A DNA stretch of 64,000 nucleotides, from the IMG/VR virus record IMGVR_UViG_3300031578_000001, one strand, 5' to 3'. This document shows positions 43,592-53,141 of the stretch, one piece after another. Under the pieces are notes generated by a model that was not told the origin of the DNA, did not search any database, and saw only the letters and a list, made by a program, of their open reading frames with translations. The stretch is from a virus. The first letter of the stretch is position 1, and each line of letters opens with the position of its first letter. The translations under genes were made by a program, and so were the position numbers.

Positions 43592-44692
43592 ATGAAGTTG
43601 GACATTCAGGCCATGATCAAGAACGCCAACGGCGATGAGGGGGAATCCGAGTCGAAGGGGGAGACTCCGACCGAAGAGCAGGTCATCAAGTTCCTCCAGA
43701 AGCATCCGTCACCGAAAGATAAGGTGTTCCACGAGTGGGCCGAGGAGAATGGCTTCAACGTCCATAAGGCCGAGGCCATCGCCTACAAGATCATCAGCGA
43801 CCTCGTGAGTAAGGGACGGTCGAAAGGGCAGCATCCGCCCGGGATCGCCACGGCCGACGTGGCCAAGGGTGTGAAGATCGAGGAAGAACACACGTCGAAC
43901 AAGACGATCCAGAGGAAGATCACCGACGATCACAACACCGAACTCAAGCACTACTACGATCCCAAGAAAGGCCTTCCCAAGATGGAGAAGGATCTCGAGA
44001 AGAAGGCGTTCGTGTCCGGGCTTCTGAAGGATGCCGCGGCTCCTAACATCATCAATGTCGATGTCCCCCTCTTCATCCGGATGCTCGAGTGGGCGCACGA
44101 GGACGCCAAGACGGACATGCAGCTGCACCAGGCGACGGAGAACCTCGTCGGAATGGCCGGAAAGGGTCTCCTCACGATGGACGCGTACCGTGACGCCGTG
44201 TCCGGGAAGAATATGCCTCCCCTTCCTCCGATCATGGGGAAGTCGGCTGGCGTAAAGATCGGAAGGAGCGAAGACGTGGAAAAGGAAGCCGGAAAGATGG
44301 TCAAGTGCCCCATTACGGGGAAGATGGTTCCCGAGGAAGGTCGCGGGAAAGGACCTGGAGGAGGGAAGGGAATGAAGGCTGGACGAGGGATGGGTCCTGG
44401 CAAGGGACTCGGTCGTGCGCTGATGGAGAAGAAGAGCGGTGAGTTTGACGCCGATGCCGTCATCATGGCCGGCTTCATCAACGAACTCGACAAGATCTCC
44501 ATGAGCACCGAGGAGGTCAAGAAGAAGATTTCCGCTCCCCCGACCGGCGACACCGGACCCGCTGGCAAGGGCCTCAACGATCCCAGGGCCATCGCGGCTA
44601 AGAAGGCCATAATGGAGAAAAAAGGCGAAGGAGGGAATGTCAAGGATCTCCTCGCCATCCTGAAGAAGGAACCCAGGAAGACGAAGGTGTGA
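43592..44692 (+). CDS. 366-aa mosaic protein with DUF5661-like module and internal tag
   Basis: GVKIEEEHT...ITDDH..E..HYY (DUF5661-like), DVPLFIRMLEWAHEDAKTDMQLH module, GFINELDKIS tag, KxA linkers. Confidence 0.8.
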   Translation: MKLDIQAMIKNANGDEGESESKGETPTEEQVIKFLQKHPSPKDKVFHEWAEENGFNVHKAEAIAYKIISDLVSKGRSKGQHPPGIATADVAKGVKIEEEHTSNKTIQRKITDDHNTELKHYYDPKKGLPKMEKDLEKKAFVSGLLKDAAAPNIINVDVPLFIRMLEWAHEDAKTDMQLHQATENLVGMAGKGLLTMDAYRDAVSGKNMPPLPPIMGKSAGVKIGRSEDVEKEAGKMVKCPITGKMVPEEGRGKGPGGGKGMKAGRGMGPGKGLGRALMEKKSGEFDADAVIMAGFINELDKISMSTEEVKKKISAPPTGDTGPAGKGLNDPRAIAAKKAIMEKKGEGGNVKDLLAILKKEPRKTKV

Positions 44693-44696
44693 TGCC

Positions 44697-44942
44697 ATGA
44701 TTCACGTGATCCAACAGGCCTTCAACGACGAGATCCAGAACATCGCCAAGAGAGCCCAGCTTCTTCCAGGTGCAGAGCAGGCCATGCGGACCATGGTATC
44801 CAAGGGTAAGGGCATGGCCTCCAGCAGCAAGATCCCGGAGAAGATCCGCGAGTTCATCAAAAAGCATCCGATCGCCTCAGGTGCTATCGGAGGCTATTCG
44901 CTGGCGGGCTTACTCAAGCGTAGGAGGAGCGAGGAGGAATAG
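44697..44942 (+). CDS. 81-aa tagged protein
   Basis: QAFNDEIQNIA; ASGAIGGYSLAGLL. Confidence 0.75.
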   Translation: MIHVIQQAFNDEIQNIAKRAQLLPGAEQAMRTMVSKGKGMASSSKIPEKIREFIKKHPIASGAIGGYSLAGLLKRRRSEEE

Positions 44943-45079
44943 TGGCGAGGAGAATCAACGGCAGGTCAATGCGCTCCTATGATCTCAGAAGGACAATGAT
45001 CAACGCCGTGGATCCTAAGGGGAAAGATAAGAAGAAACCAGGGCGAAAGAAGCTGATCAAGGAGAAAGAGAAAACTTGA
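44942..45079 (+). CDS. 45-aa Lys/Arg-rich peptide
   Basis: GTG start with SD GAGGAGG; fills the gap with stop/start coupling on both sides. Confidence 0.5.
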   Translation: MARRINGRSMRSYDLRRTMINAVDPKGKDKKKPGRKKLIKEKEKT

Positions 45080-45450
45080 TGGACCCGATGACTCTGTCGT
45101 TCGTCGACGAAATCGAGAAGATCTCCTCGTCTGTTGGTATGAGGACGGCCTCGAAGGATATGATCCGAAAGGCTCTCAAGGGACTGAGAAAGAGCAAGGG
45201 CGGAATCAAAGGTGCTCTCATGAGTTACGGGTTTACCATGGGAGCCGCTCCGGTTCTCGGATATATCATCGGCCGGGCTTTCGCTCCGAAGGGAGAGAAA
45301 GAATCGCGAAAAGAGGTCAAGAAGCCCGAGAGTGTGATAGGACATTCGCTCATGCCTGGGTACAGCGAGTACATTTACGGCAGGAAGTCTGTCGCTCGGG
45401 ATATCATCAGGAAGCTGGACGAGCAGAGGAAACCCAAGAAGGAGAAATGA
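45079..45450 (+). CDS. 123-aa tagged basic protein
   Basis: MDPMTLSFVDEIEKIS; hydrophobic YGFTMGAAPVLGYIIG. Confidence 0.75.
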   Translation: MDPMTLSFVDEIEKISSSVGMRTASKDMIRKALKGLRKSKGGIKGALMSYGFTMGAAPVLGYIIGRAFAPKGEKESRKEVKKPESVIGHSLMPGYSEYIYGRKSVARDIIRKLDEQRKPKKEK

Positions 45451-45451
45451 C

Positions 45452-46519
45452 ATGGAGAGCAGGAACGCTCTGGTAGACCTTTCTAATCTCGCGTTGGTTG
45501 ACGCGGAGATCATCTCCTACCTCGAGCCGTCCTCGGAGTTGGTTCCGGCGCTCGTGGCTGCCAAGCCCGACCCCATCGACCCGTTCGATGACGTCTCGAT
45601 CGACACGGCAAAGTGGGCAACGACCGGGACCATAACCGAACAAACCTTCCTGGGCGTGGACGGTCTCACGATCACCGGGCCGGCTACCCCTGGCTACGAT
45701 GCAGCCGGCGTGATCTACAAGCCGGCCATCCTGGCTTCGACGGGGAAACTGGTCCTGGCTCGCTGCATCATGGACCATCCCGTGGAGTACGTCCTGTGCC
45801 TTCAGGAGTACGCCTTCACGGTGGACAGTATCGTCACCCCGACCTCCTGGACCCTGAAGCACCTGGTTGCCCAGGATCTCAGGAACTCCATGGGCGTGCG
45901 CGTGGCCCCGGGCGCCTTGTACTTCTTCGAGGGTGGAAATGCCGGCGTCGAAGAGTTCGTCATGTCGCTGCCCTCGAAGCCGAGCAAAGTCGGGGAGGTC
46001 AGACCCATCCAGATCGGGTTCATCTTCACGGCTTCCGGATTCGACATCTACGCCCATCTTCCCGGGATCTGGACGCAGCCCGTTCTCGCCAAGCAGTATA
46101 CGAGGCCCGGAGGTTCCCATTCATCGAGTGGGTACTCGCTGTGCGTGAACGCCTACACGGCCGACAACGACCTCCACTTCTACGACCCGGCGTATAACTT
46201 CAAGTCCAACGCCATGATCACGGGCGGGCGCATCGTGGTGGCCAATCTCAACGATCAGGTCGTGATCAGCTCGCTGCTTCCCACCCAGCGGATCGGATTC
46301 AACATGGGCAAGACCGGATCGATCAACGTGATGATCCCCGACTACTCGTCGTCGCTTCTCACACTCGATCAAATTGCCCAAGTGACCGCGAAGCTCTCGG
46401 GTAAGCGCGTCTACCCCATCGAGTTCGAACTGAACGGGGATGCGGCTCTGGCCCACCCTGTGCGGATCGTCGTCGAGGACACGGGCCTACCGCTCGTGCT
46501 TGCCGTCTCAGGAGAGTGA
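45452..46519 (+). CDS. 355-aa beta-rich virion protein (lectin/LamG-like, tentative)
   Basis: DPFDDVSIDTAKW motif; beta-strand-rich. Confidence 0.55.
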   Translation: MESRNALVDLSNLALVDAEIISYLEPSSELVPALVAAKPDPIDPFDDVSIDTAKWATTGTITEQTFLGVDGLTITGPATPGYDAAGVIYKPAILASTGKLVLARCIMDHPVEYVLCLQEYAFTVDSIVTPTSWTLKHLVAQDLRNSMGVRVAPGALYFFEGGNAGVEEFVMSLPSKPSKVGEVRPIQIGFIFTASGFDIYAHLPGIWTQPVLAKQYTRPGGSHSSSGYSLCVNAYTADNDLHFYDPAYNFKSNAMITGGRIVVANLNDQVVISSLLPTQRIGFNMGKTGSINVMIPDYSSSLLTLDQIAQVTAKLSGKRVYPIEFELNGDAALAHPVRIVVEDTGLPLVLAVSGE

Positions 46520-46620
46520 TGGACGTACTGTCTTGCATTATGGTCGTAGGGCTGCTGGTAAGTGGCCTTCTCATGATCATGACGGCATACATGCTGAGAA
46601 GGAAATGGAGTAAACGATGA
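46519..46620 (+). CDS. 33-aa single-TM peptide
   Basis: MDVLSCIMVVGLLVSGLLMIMTAYMLRRKWSKR; coupled on both sides. Confidence 0.55.
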   Translation: MDVLSCIMVVGLLVSGLLMIMTAYMLRRKWSKR

Positions 46621-46919
46621 ACGGAGTTCCTCAGATGCCTCTCTCAAGCATGAGGGGCAACAAGCCAGGACGACCTCCTGTCCCCGAGAGGCCAATTACG
46701 AAGATCGGCTCTACGATCCAGGCAGCGTTCCTGGATGAGATCCTGAAGATCTCCGCGGGGATGCTGTCACCCACGCCAATCGCGGACTTGGTCGCGAAAA
46801 TGTGGGCTCCAAAATCGGTCATGAAGACGGTGTATCCCGCGAACAATCCGTCGAAGAAATCAGGCTTCGTCATGCAGTCTGAGATCAAGCGACCCTCCAT
46901 CCTGAAGAGGCAGGTATGA
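46617..46919 (+). CDS. 100-aa protein with internal tag
   Basis: AAFLDEILKIS. Confidence 0.75.
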   Translation: MNGVPQMPLSSMRGNKPGRPPVPERPITKIGSTIQAAFLDEILKISAGMLSPTPIADLVAKMWAPKSVMKTVYPANNPSKKSGFVMQSEIKRPSILKRQV

Positions 46920-47281
46920 ACTGGTTCTATTCGGCGTTCAAGGATGAGATCCTGAAGATCGCGAGGATGTTCCTCGAGACGCAGGAGGATTACGCCGGGA
47001 GGCTGAAGGGCAGTTCTTCGGATCCCGGATTCGAGACCTTCAGGAAGAGACCCAAGGTCGGGATCATCGAGACGGGTAAAGGCCCTGTCCTTGTCAAGGG
47101 AAAGACTCCGGAGCAGACGGTCAAGGCCAAGATCAAGGGCAAGATTCCAGGGCTCAAGATGGCCCAGGCTGAGGAGTCCACCGCGGAAGAGGACGCCGAG
47201 AAGGAGAAGAAGCGGGTCAAGTACGCATCAATCATGAAGAGGGTCATGCTCGCCAAGCAGCGGGCGCAGATCGTCACGTAG
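46916..47281 (+). CDS. 121-aa tagged protein
   Basis: MNWFYSAFKDEILKIA; second KMA site. Confidence 0.75.
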   Translation: MNWFYSAFKDEILKIARMFLETQEDYAGRLKGSSSDPGFETFRKRPKVGIIETGKGPVLVKGKTPEQTVKAKIKGKIPGLKMAQAEESTAEEDAEKEKKRVKYASIMKRVMLAKQRAQIVT

Positions 47282-47302
47282 TATCAAACGGTTGGGTACG
47301 AA

Positions 47303-48055
47303 ATGGACGAAGCCGCCACCTTAGCGTTTCTGGATGAGCTCGAGAAGGTCGGGTTCGATATCCAGGGTCTCGCAGCGGGGGCGGCGAAATTCATAGGTCG
47401 TGGAGGTGCTCCACTCGTTCTTGGAGCGCTTGGCGGGAGCCTTGTCCTCTACGATGCCTTGAAGGCACGAGGAATCAAAGGCGAGATTTTCGCTGAAGAC
47501 ATCCTCGGAAAGACGAGAGGATCGAAGAAGGTGGACTCGAAGGAGTACATCAATGACCTTCAGAAGGAGAATCCACCGGATCGGTCCATCATCCCTGTTA
47601 CTACGATAAAGGATGTGAAGAAGATCACTTCCGACCCGGCATGGAACAAGCCCGTCATCAGGGATATCATGAACTCGAGGGCGAAGCATGTGATCCTGAC
47701 CGGGAGGAACGCCTTCATGGTTCCTGGCGCAAAGAGAGATTACGTCGTCGTGGCTCCGGAGGCGAACCCAAGAGTCATCGAGCACGAGGTGGGACACGCG
47801 AGAGATCTCGGAGCGAATCCTGTCACTCTCATGGAGAGGCTCCGTAGGATCCTCGGAGTATTCTGGAAACCATCCTTCGAGAAAGGGAAAATGAAGAGGG
47901 AGGAAACGGCTTGGGAGCACGCGAAGAAGACTCCCTTGAGAGACAGGGCACTCGCCACATATGAGAGAAGCTTTCATACGGGGAGGGCGACGGTCATTGC
48001 TCCCCTCGTTGGTTCGGCTCTCATCGGCGGGATTAGTGAAGGACTCAATATATAG
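47303..48055 (+). CDS. Tagged zincin-type metallopeptidase-like protein
   Basis: LAFLDELEKVG tag; VIEHEVGHARD (HExxH) and downstream EETAWEHA third-ligand-like motif; hydrophobic N- and C-terminal segments. Confidence 0.7.
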   Translation: MDEAATLAFLDELEKVGFDIQGLAAGAAKFIGRGGAPLVLGALGGSLVLYDALKARGIKGEIFAEDILGKTRGSKKVDSKEYINDLQKENPPDRSIIPVTTIKDVKKITSDPAWNKPVIRDIMNSRAKHVILTGRNAFMVPGAKRDYVVVAPEANPRVIEHEVGHARDLGANPVTLMERLRRILGVFWKPSFEKGKMKREETAWEHAKKTPLRDRALATYERSFHTGRATVIAPLVGSALIGGISEGLNI

Positions 48056-48976
48056 ATGCCAGCAGGATTCGTAGATCTCGACGTGAAGTTCATAGACGCC
48101 AACAGTCCAGTTCTCGGTGTAGCCGTGGACTCGATCGTTGGTCTGGTCTACAACTCTCACGGGGTCAAGGTCGACGAGATTATCCCTGACCCGGTCTTCG
48201 ATGCGTTGCTGAATCTCTACTATGCGAAGGCCGATTACGATGTCCGCGATCTCGAGAAGTTCGGCGGTGAGCCGTACATCAAGGTTGTGTGGCAGGCCGT
48301 GAAGATGGGGGTGGCACTCCCGAACTTCGAGAAGCGCTACTGGACCGTCCCGGCCGGCAGGGAGTATGTCAGCAAGACGTACATCCGCTGGGATATCCCG
48401 ACTGGTGTCACTAAACCCATCATCTACTACGAGGTCTACAGGGCGCGTGAACCCTACACCGACACATTCGTCGGAAAGACCTCGAGCCAGTTCTTCATTG
48501 ACGATACGGAGTTCGCGAACGAGTTCGAGGCGCGGTCCTGGAGGTATTACGCCAAGGTCGTGTACTCGGATAACACCATCGCCTTGCAGCCGGACGGAAG
48601 CGACTATGCCGTCTGGGGGCAGAATATCCCGGCAGTCCAACAGTACAGGACGTCGGCAACTTTCTGCTCGATCGAAGGGCGAGTGGTCGACGTTCTCGGA
48701 CTCTCAGGCAAGTACATGACGGAGAGAGGGTACGACACGTACATCACATTCAGGCATCTGGAGAAGGATAGGTTCCAGATGGATGGCAACTCGTTCATTC
48801 TCCCTGAGATGGTGCACGTCACTCTGGCCTTCGACGGATCATTCCGTGTTCCGTTGGTTCGAAATCAAGTGGTCGAGATCGGGATTCCTGCATGCGAGTT
48901 CCGAGCCCGTTTCGTGGTGCCAGACCAGGACGAGGTCGGCTTCGGGGATCTGGATCTCACGGTGATCAGAGATTGA
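48056..48976 (+). CDS. 306-aa virion structural protein (FN3/Ig-like, tentative)
   Basis: IRWDIP...YYEVYRA and YYAKVVY strands typical of FN3-like domains. Confidence 0.55.
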   Translation: MPAGFVDLDVKFIDANSPVLGVAVDSIVGLVYNSHGVKVDEIIPDPVFDALLNLYYAKADYDVRDLEKFGGEPYIKVVWQAVKMGVALPNFEKRYWTVPAGREYVSKTYIRWDIPTGVTKPIIYYEVYRAREPYTDTFVGKTSSQFFIDDTEFANEFEARSWRYYAKVVYSDNTIALQPDGSDYAVWGQNIPAVQQYRTSATFCSIEGRVVDVLGLSGKYMTERGYDTYITFRHLEKDRFQMDGNSFILPEMVHVTLAFDGSFRVPLVRNQVVEIGIPACEFRARFVVPDQDEVGFGDLDLTVIRD

Positions 48977-48989
48977 CAGGTAGGGACAG

Positions 48990-51900
48990 ATGCCTTTTTC
49001 ACCGAATCTAAACCTTGAGCTGCCGAACAACGGCGACTACGAGAACGTCTGGGACGGACCCGTCAACGACAACTTCTCCAAGATAGACGATTCGCTCGGC
49101 GGCCCTCTCAGCAAGTACAGCTCGCCGACTCCTGGAGGCGGCCACGCGCACGATGGTACACCGGGCGAAGGTCCGCAGATCCGACACCAGGATCTCGGGG
49201 GCGCAGGAACGGTACCCCACTCAACTCTCGACACCGAGTCGGGGAAGATCCTCGTCTCGGCCACTGATACCGTCGTCAACTATCTGCTGAACCAACTACA
49301 GGCAGGCAGCGGAGTCGTGTTCAATCTGGTCAGTCCCGGGGGCGACGAGAAAGTTGAGATCTCGGCTTCCGGAGTGACACCGGTCCTCGGAAACGTATCC
49401 GACCCATCGGGTGAATACGGGTGGAAGCATTTCGTCCCGACCAGCGCCCCCGTATCCTACACCGATAATTTCAACTACAGACCGAACACCGACCTCGGCA
49501 ACTGTGACTATCTGGTCACGGACGCGACTCCAGGCGGAACGAACTTCCGTTTCAAGACGACAGGATACTCGGCCAGAGTCGTGGTTGATCCGACGAATCT
49601 TGCAAGTGATACCGTGGGACAGTATGCCGCCGCGGTCACGTGCCATATTCCGCACGGACGTGCCCAGAGAACCACGCTATCGATCACCGAGGCGGACTTT
49701 ACCAATCTCGAGGTCGGAGACAGTATCTCGTTCACATTATCTCTGCATTCGACACACAAACTCGGTCCCCAACTGCCTCAGAAATACGGAGTTCTTCTCG
49801 AGATCAATGCCGTGAAGATCTCGACTGGACCCGATGTATTCCAGGTTTCTCACAAGATCTGGGTCATTCCGGACGACACGCGGAGGATCCTCCTGTTTCA
49901 GTGCAACGCGCATTCTAATCCCGCGGATTTCGAGGGATGCTGGGAACTGTCGATGGACAGCAATGGGCATGTATACCATTACTGGAGACGGACTCTGGTC
50001 TATTCTTCGCAGACATCGCCCCCGAACATCCCAGGACCCGTGCAGGCTTACTTCAACGATCTCACGACATCTCTCCAGACCATCGGGGATCCTGGCTACG
50101 GCGCCATGGGGTTCGGTTCCCAGTATTCCATCAAACCGTCTTCGAGGTTCAGCCTCGAGTGCAGGTGGCTCTCGACCACGGCCAATAGCGACGAGTACGA
50201 CAACGTGCCTGCTGGGTGTCCGATCGTACTGCCGCCGTATGGGGTCGTAGATCCTATCGACATTCCGCAGATCTTCTTCCTGACGCAGCCGAGCCAGATG
50301 GGAGCCGAGTGCTGTGATGTTCCGTTCTCGAGGAAGATCGGCGAGATCATCCAGTACGACATTCTCGGAAATCCTGAAGTCTGGATCACCGGCTGCAACG
50401 AGCTCTACAACGATCTGAGTCTGAATGGGATCATCAAGGGTTACACAACTAACATCTCGTATCCTTGGTGCTTCCCATGTGAATGGCCTCCCTCGGGAAC
50501 GCCCGCAATTCTGAGTCCTCCGGCGAACTGGCCGATAGAGGGAACTACTGGCTACATTCTGGTCCACGGGATCGGTCCTCTTCCTCCTGTCATTCACATC
50601 ACTTCGAGTACGATCGGATTCGTGATCATTTCCGTCGTGGTGATCGATCTCTGGGAATTCATCATCAAGTACGCCATTCTCGACGGGTACGCCGGGACGG
50701 ACGTGGACATAGAGATCACGCATCCTCACGATCCGTCGTTGCCGCCATTCACGATCCCAGGTTTCGTCACCATTGCCGAAGCCACGCCTGTGATCGATTC
50801 GATCGGTTGGTTGGACAACTGGCTTCTCTTCTACACGGAGCCTACGGCCGGCTACGAATTCGACATCCAGATCCATGGAAGTGGATTCAATACCGACGCG
50901 GTGGCGCAGAGTGCAAGCCCAGGAGTCTCGGTTCTATCGTCCAATTACGTGAGTCCGAGCCTGATGGTAGCAACCGTCATGCTGGACTTCGGTCAGACGA
51001 GGGGGCAGACGATTCAGCTTGACGTTCTCAACGTGGCCCAGGGTCAGACGGGCAGCTCGCAGGAAGACGTGGCCTACCCGGTTCCGAAATTGCTTTGGGT
51101 AGATCTGAGCGCAACGACCGTAGGAGTGGGGAGAACGGGAACGATCTATGGGAATTTCTTCCCGAGTACAGTGACCGTGGTTCCCACCGTTCCGGCCCTT
51201 GTTACTAACTTCATCCCGGTCTATGTGGACAAGAACACGATCACGTTCACCATGGACATCATCGGATTCGGGGGATCCCAGATCGACTTCCAGATCACGG
51301 ATCCCGATGGGGGTCTATCCGTTGTGGCTCACATCTGTGTCATCAACGACGTGGCGGTTCCCACCATCTCATCGGTCGTGGCCTCGCCCCTGGACGTCTA
51401 CGAGGCCGGAAGGGCGTCTGCATACGATGTCCAGGTCACAGGGACGAACTTCGGGCCAACTTGTTACCTTCTCATGGGGAACCTGCCGGCAGGTCCTGTG
51501 TACGGTTCGGGGGGTGACGTCTATACCACTTCCAGGACTCCGACCACCGTGAACGGCAAGTTCTGGGTGGGATGTGGCTCAGGAGCCCCTGCGGTGGATG
51601 TTTCGGTGGTGAAGCCCGGGGTTTCGTCTGCAACGGCCCTGGCGGCTATCCTGACGTTCACAGCGCCCACTCTGACGATCACCCCTGGCTCGGCCGTGTG
51701 GAATAATGGCCTGGAACCTGGGGCAGTGGGTGTCGTGAACTTTAACATCGCTGTCAATTTGACACACCTGACGGATATATCCCAGGGGAACCCGAACATC
51801 ATCCTAACGAACCGGGTCGTGAACATCTCAGACGTCCAGTACGACTACCAGATCGCCGCGGACGCTCCTCAAGGTTCCATAGTCCAGATCTACTTCACAA

Positions 51901-53117
51901 ATGGCTCCTGTGACGGTTCTCCGAAGTCTTATGACGTGGAATTCGAGTACAAGGCTCCGACGTTCACCAGTGTCACGTGGAGCCCCTTCGAGGACCTTCT
52001 GGGGACCGTTATGGGGATTCATGGGACCGGATTCAGGGCCGGCCTGTCTGTGGGCCTGGTGAACATGTCCTTGGTCTCGATCGACTCGATTGCGGACACA
52101 AAGGTTACCATCACGGTAGACAATGGGCCTCCCGGGGCGGCCTCGGTGGAGGTGGTCAATTCCGACTTCAAGACCACTGGGATCCAGCCTCTTACAGTCC
52201 TCACGGAGATTGCTCCGGACGTGGACGTGGCCAAACTCGATCCGGATGTCGAAGGTTCGATCGGAGCCACAATCCGGATCTGGGGAAAATATCTCACCCC
52301 GCCAGGTGCGGCTTACGCTTTTACCGGACTTGCGGGTGCTATACCCGTGGTCATACTTCCGAATTATCTCGAATTCATTGGTGACATCTCGGTCGCGGCG
52401 GGGGTCGATGTGACGCTCGACATCACGAGCACGTCACACAGCTATCCAGGCATCTACCTGGACACCGTAACAGCCTCCCCAGGAGGTGACGTCCTGATCT
52501 CCGATCTCAGCGAGACGGAGCCGAAGGAGAATCAGACTGCCTTCGAAATGACGATCAACGGGCAGAACCTGGATCAGGTCATGTCCGTCGAGTTCGAAGC
52601 AGCGGATCCCGATGCACTCGGGCTCGCCTATTTCCCCAACGGGGCAACTATCCCGATCACGGGAACCATTATCGAGAAGAGGCCGGACGTCCTGGTCCTG
52701 AGCATGGACTTCGAGCCCGGGCTCGCCTACAACGTCTTCAACATCATCTTCTACGACGGAGGCATGGGCATCCTGGCGATTGCTCCCAATGCTTTCACCG
52801 TACAACCATCCGATGACGCGCCGGTGATTCTCCCTGCGAATCGTCTCATCCTTGACGGATCTATTCCGACCGCAGCCCTTGCGAACTGGATGGCGCTCGT
52901 CAAGGTGAGCGGGACGACTCCATGGATGTTTGGGGACAACTTCCAGGCTTCGGGATTCACGCTTGGATCCGTCTCGTACGACTCCCTGAACAGCGAGTGG
53001 TCCGTGGCCGGAACCAACCTGACCGCAGGGACGAAATGGCAACTCAAGTTGGCAAGACCGGCGGTCCCCGGTGAAGAAGCGATCTACAGAGTTCCAGGAG
53101 GTGAAGTGACTCCGTAA
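48990..53117 (+). CDS. 1375-aa fibre-like protein with multiple IPT/TIG (Ig-like) repeats
   Basis: N-terminus PNLNLELP..GD...WDGPVNDNFSKID; GHAHDG; repeated PxIxSxxP...IxGxNF units. Confidence 0.75.
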   Translation: MPFSPNLNLELPNNGDYENVWDGPVNDNFSKIDDSLGGPLSKYSSPTPGGGHAHDGTPGEGPQIRHQDLGGAGTVPHSTLDTESGKILVSATDTVVNYLLNQLQAGSGVVFNLVSPGGDEKVEISASGVTPVLGNVSDPSGEYGWKHFVPTSAPVSYTDNFNYRPNTDLGNCDYLVTDATPGGTNFRFKTTGYSARVVVDPTNLASDTVGQYAAAVTCHIPHGRAQRTTLSITEADFTNLEVGDSISFTLSLHSTHKLGPQLPQKYGVLLEINAVKISTGPDVFQVSHKIWVIPDDTRRILLFQCNAHSNPADFEGCWELSMDSNGHVYHYWRRTLVYSSQTSPPNIPGPVQAYFNDLTTSLQTIGDPGYGAMGFGSQYSIKPSSRFSLECRWLSTTANSDEYDNVPAGCPIVLPPYGVVDPIDIPQIFFLTQPSQMGAECCDVPFSRKIGEIIQYDILGNPEVWITGCNELYNDLSLNGIIKGYTTNISYPWCFPCEWPPSGTPAILSPPANWPIEGTTGYILVHGIGPLPPVIHITSSTIGFVIISVVVIDLWEFIIKYAILDGYAGTDVDIEITHPHDPSLPPFTIPGFVTIAEATPVIDSIGWLDNWLLFYTEPTAGYEFDIQIHGSGFNTDAVAQSASPGVSVLSSNYVSPSLMVATVMLDFGQTRGQTIQLDVLNVAQGQTGSSQEDVAYPVPKLLWVDLSATTVGVGRTGTIYGNFFPSTVTVVPTVPALVTNFIPVYVDKNTITFTMDIIGFGGSQIDFQITDPDGGLSVVAHICVINDVAVPTISSVVASPLDVYEAGRASAYDVQVTGTNFGPTCYLLMGNLPAGPVYGSGGDVYTTSRTPTTVNGKFWVGCGSGAPAVDVSVVKPGVSSATALAAILTFTAPTLTITPGSAVWNNGLEPGAVGVVNFNIAVNLTHLTDISQGNPNIILTNRVVNISDVQYDYQIAADAPQGSIVQIYFTNGSCDGSPKSYDVEFEYKAPTFTSVTWSPFEDLLGTVMGIHGTGFRAGLSVGLVNMSLVSIDSIADTKVTITVDNGPPGAASVEVVNSDFKTTGIQPLTVLTEIAPDVDVAKLDPDVEGSIGATIRIWGKYLTPPGAAYAFTGLAGAIPVVILPNYLEFIGDISVAAGVDVTLDITSTSHSYPGIYLDTVTASPGGDVLISDLSETEPKENQTAFEMTINGQNLDQVMSVEFEAADPDALGLAYFPNGATIPITGTIIEKRPDVLVLSMDFEPGLAYNVFNIIFYDGGMGILAIAPNAFTVQPSDDAPVILPANRLILDGSIPTAALANWMALVKVSGTTPWMFGDNFQASGFTLGSVSYDSLNSEWSVAGTNLTAGTKWQLKLARPAVPGEEAIYRVPGGEVTP

Positions 53118-53141
53118 GAGAACGCCCTCTCTTTTCGCCAG

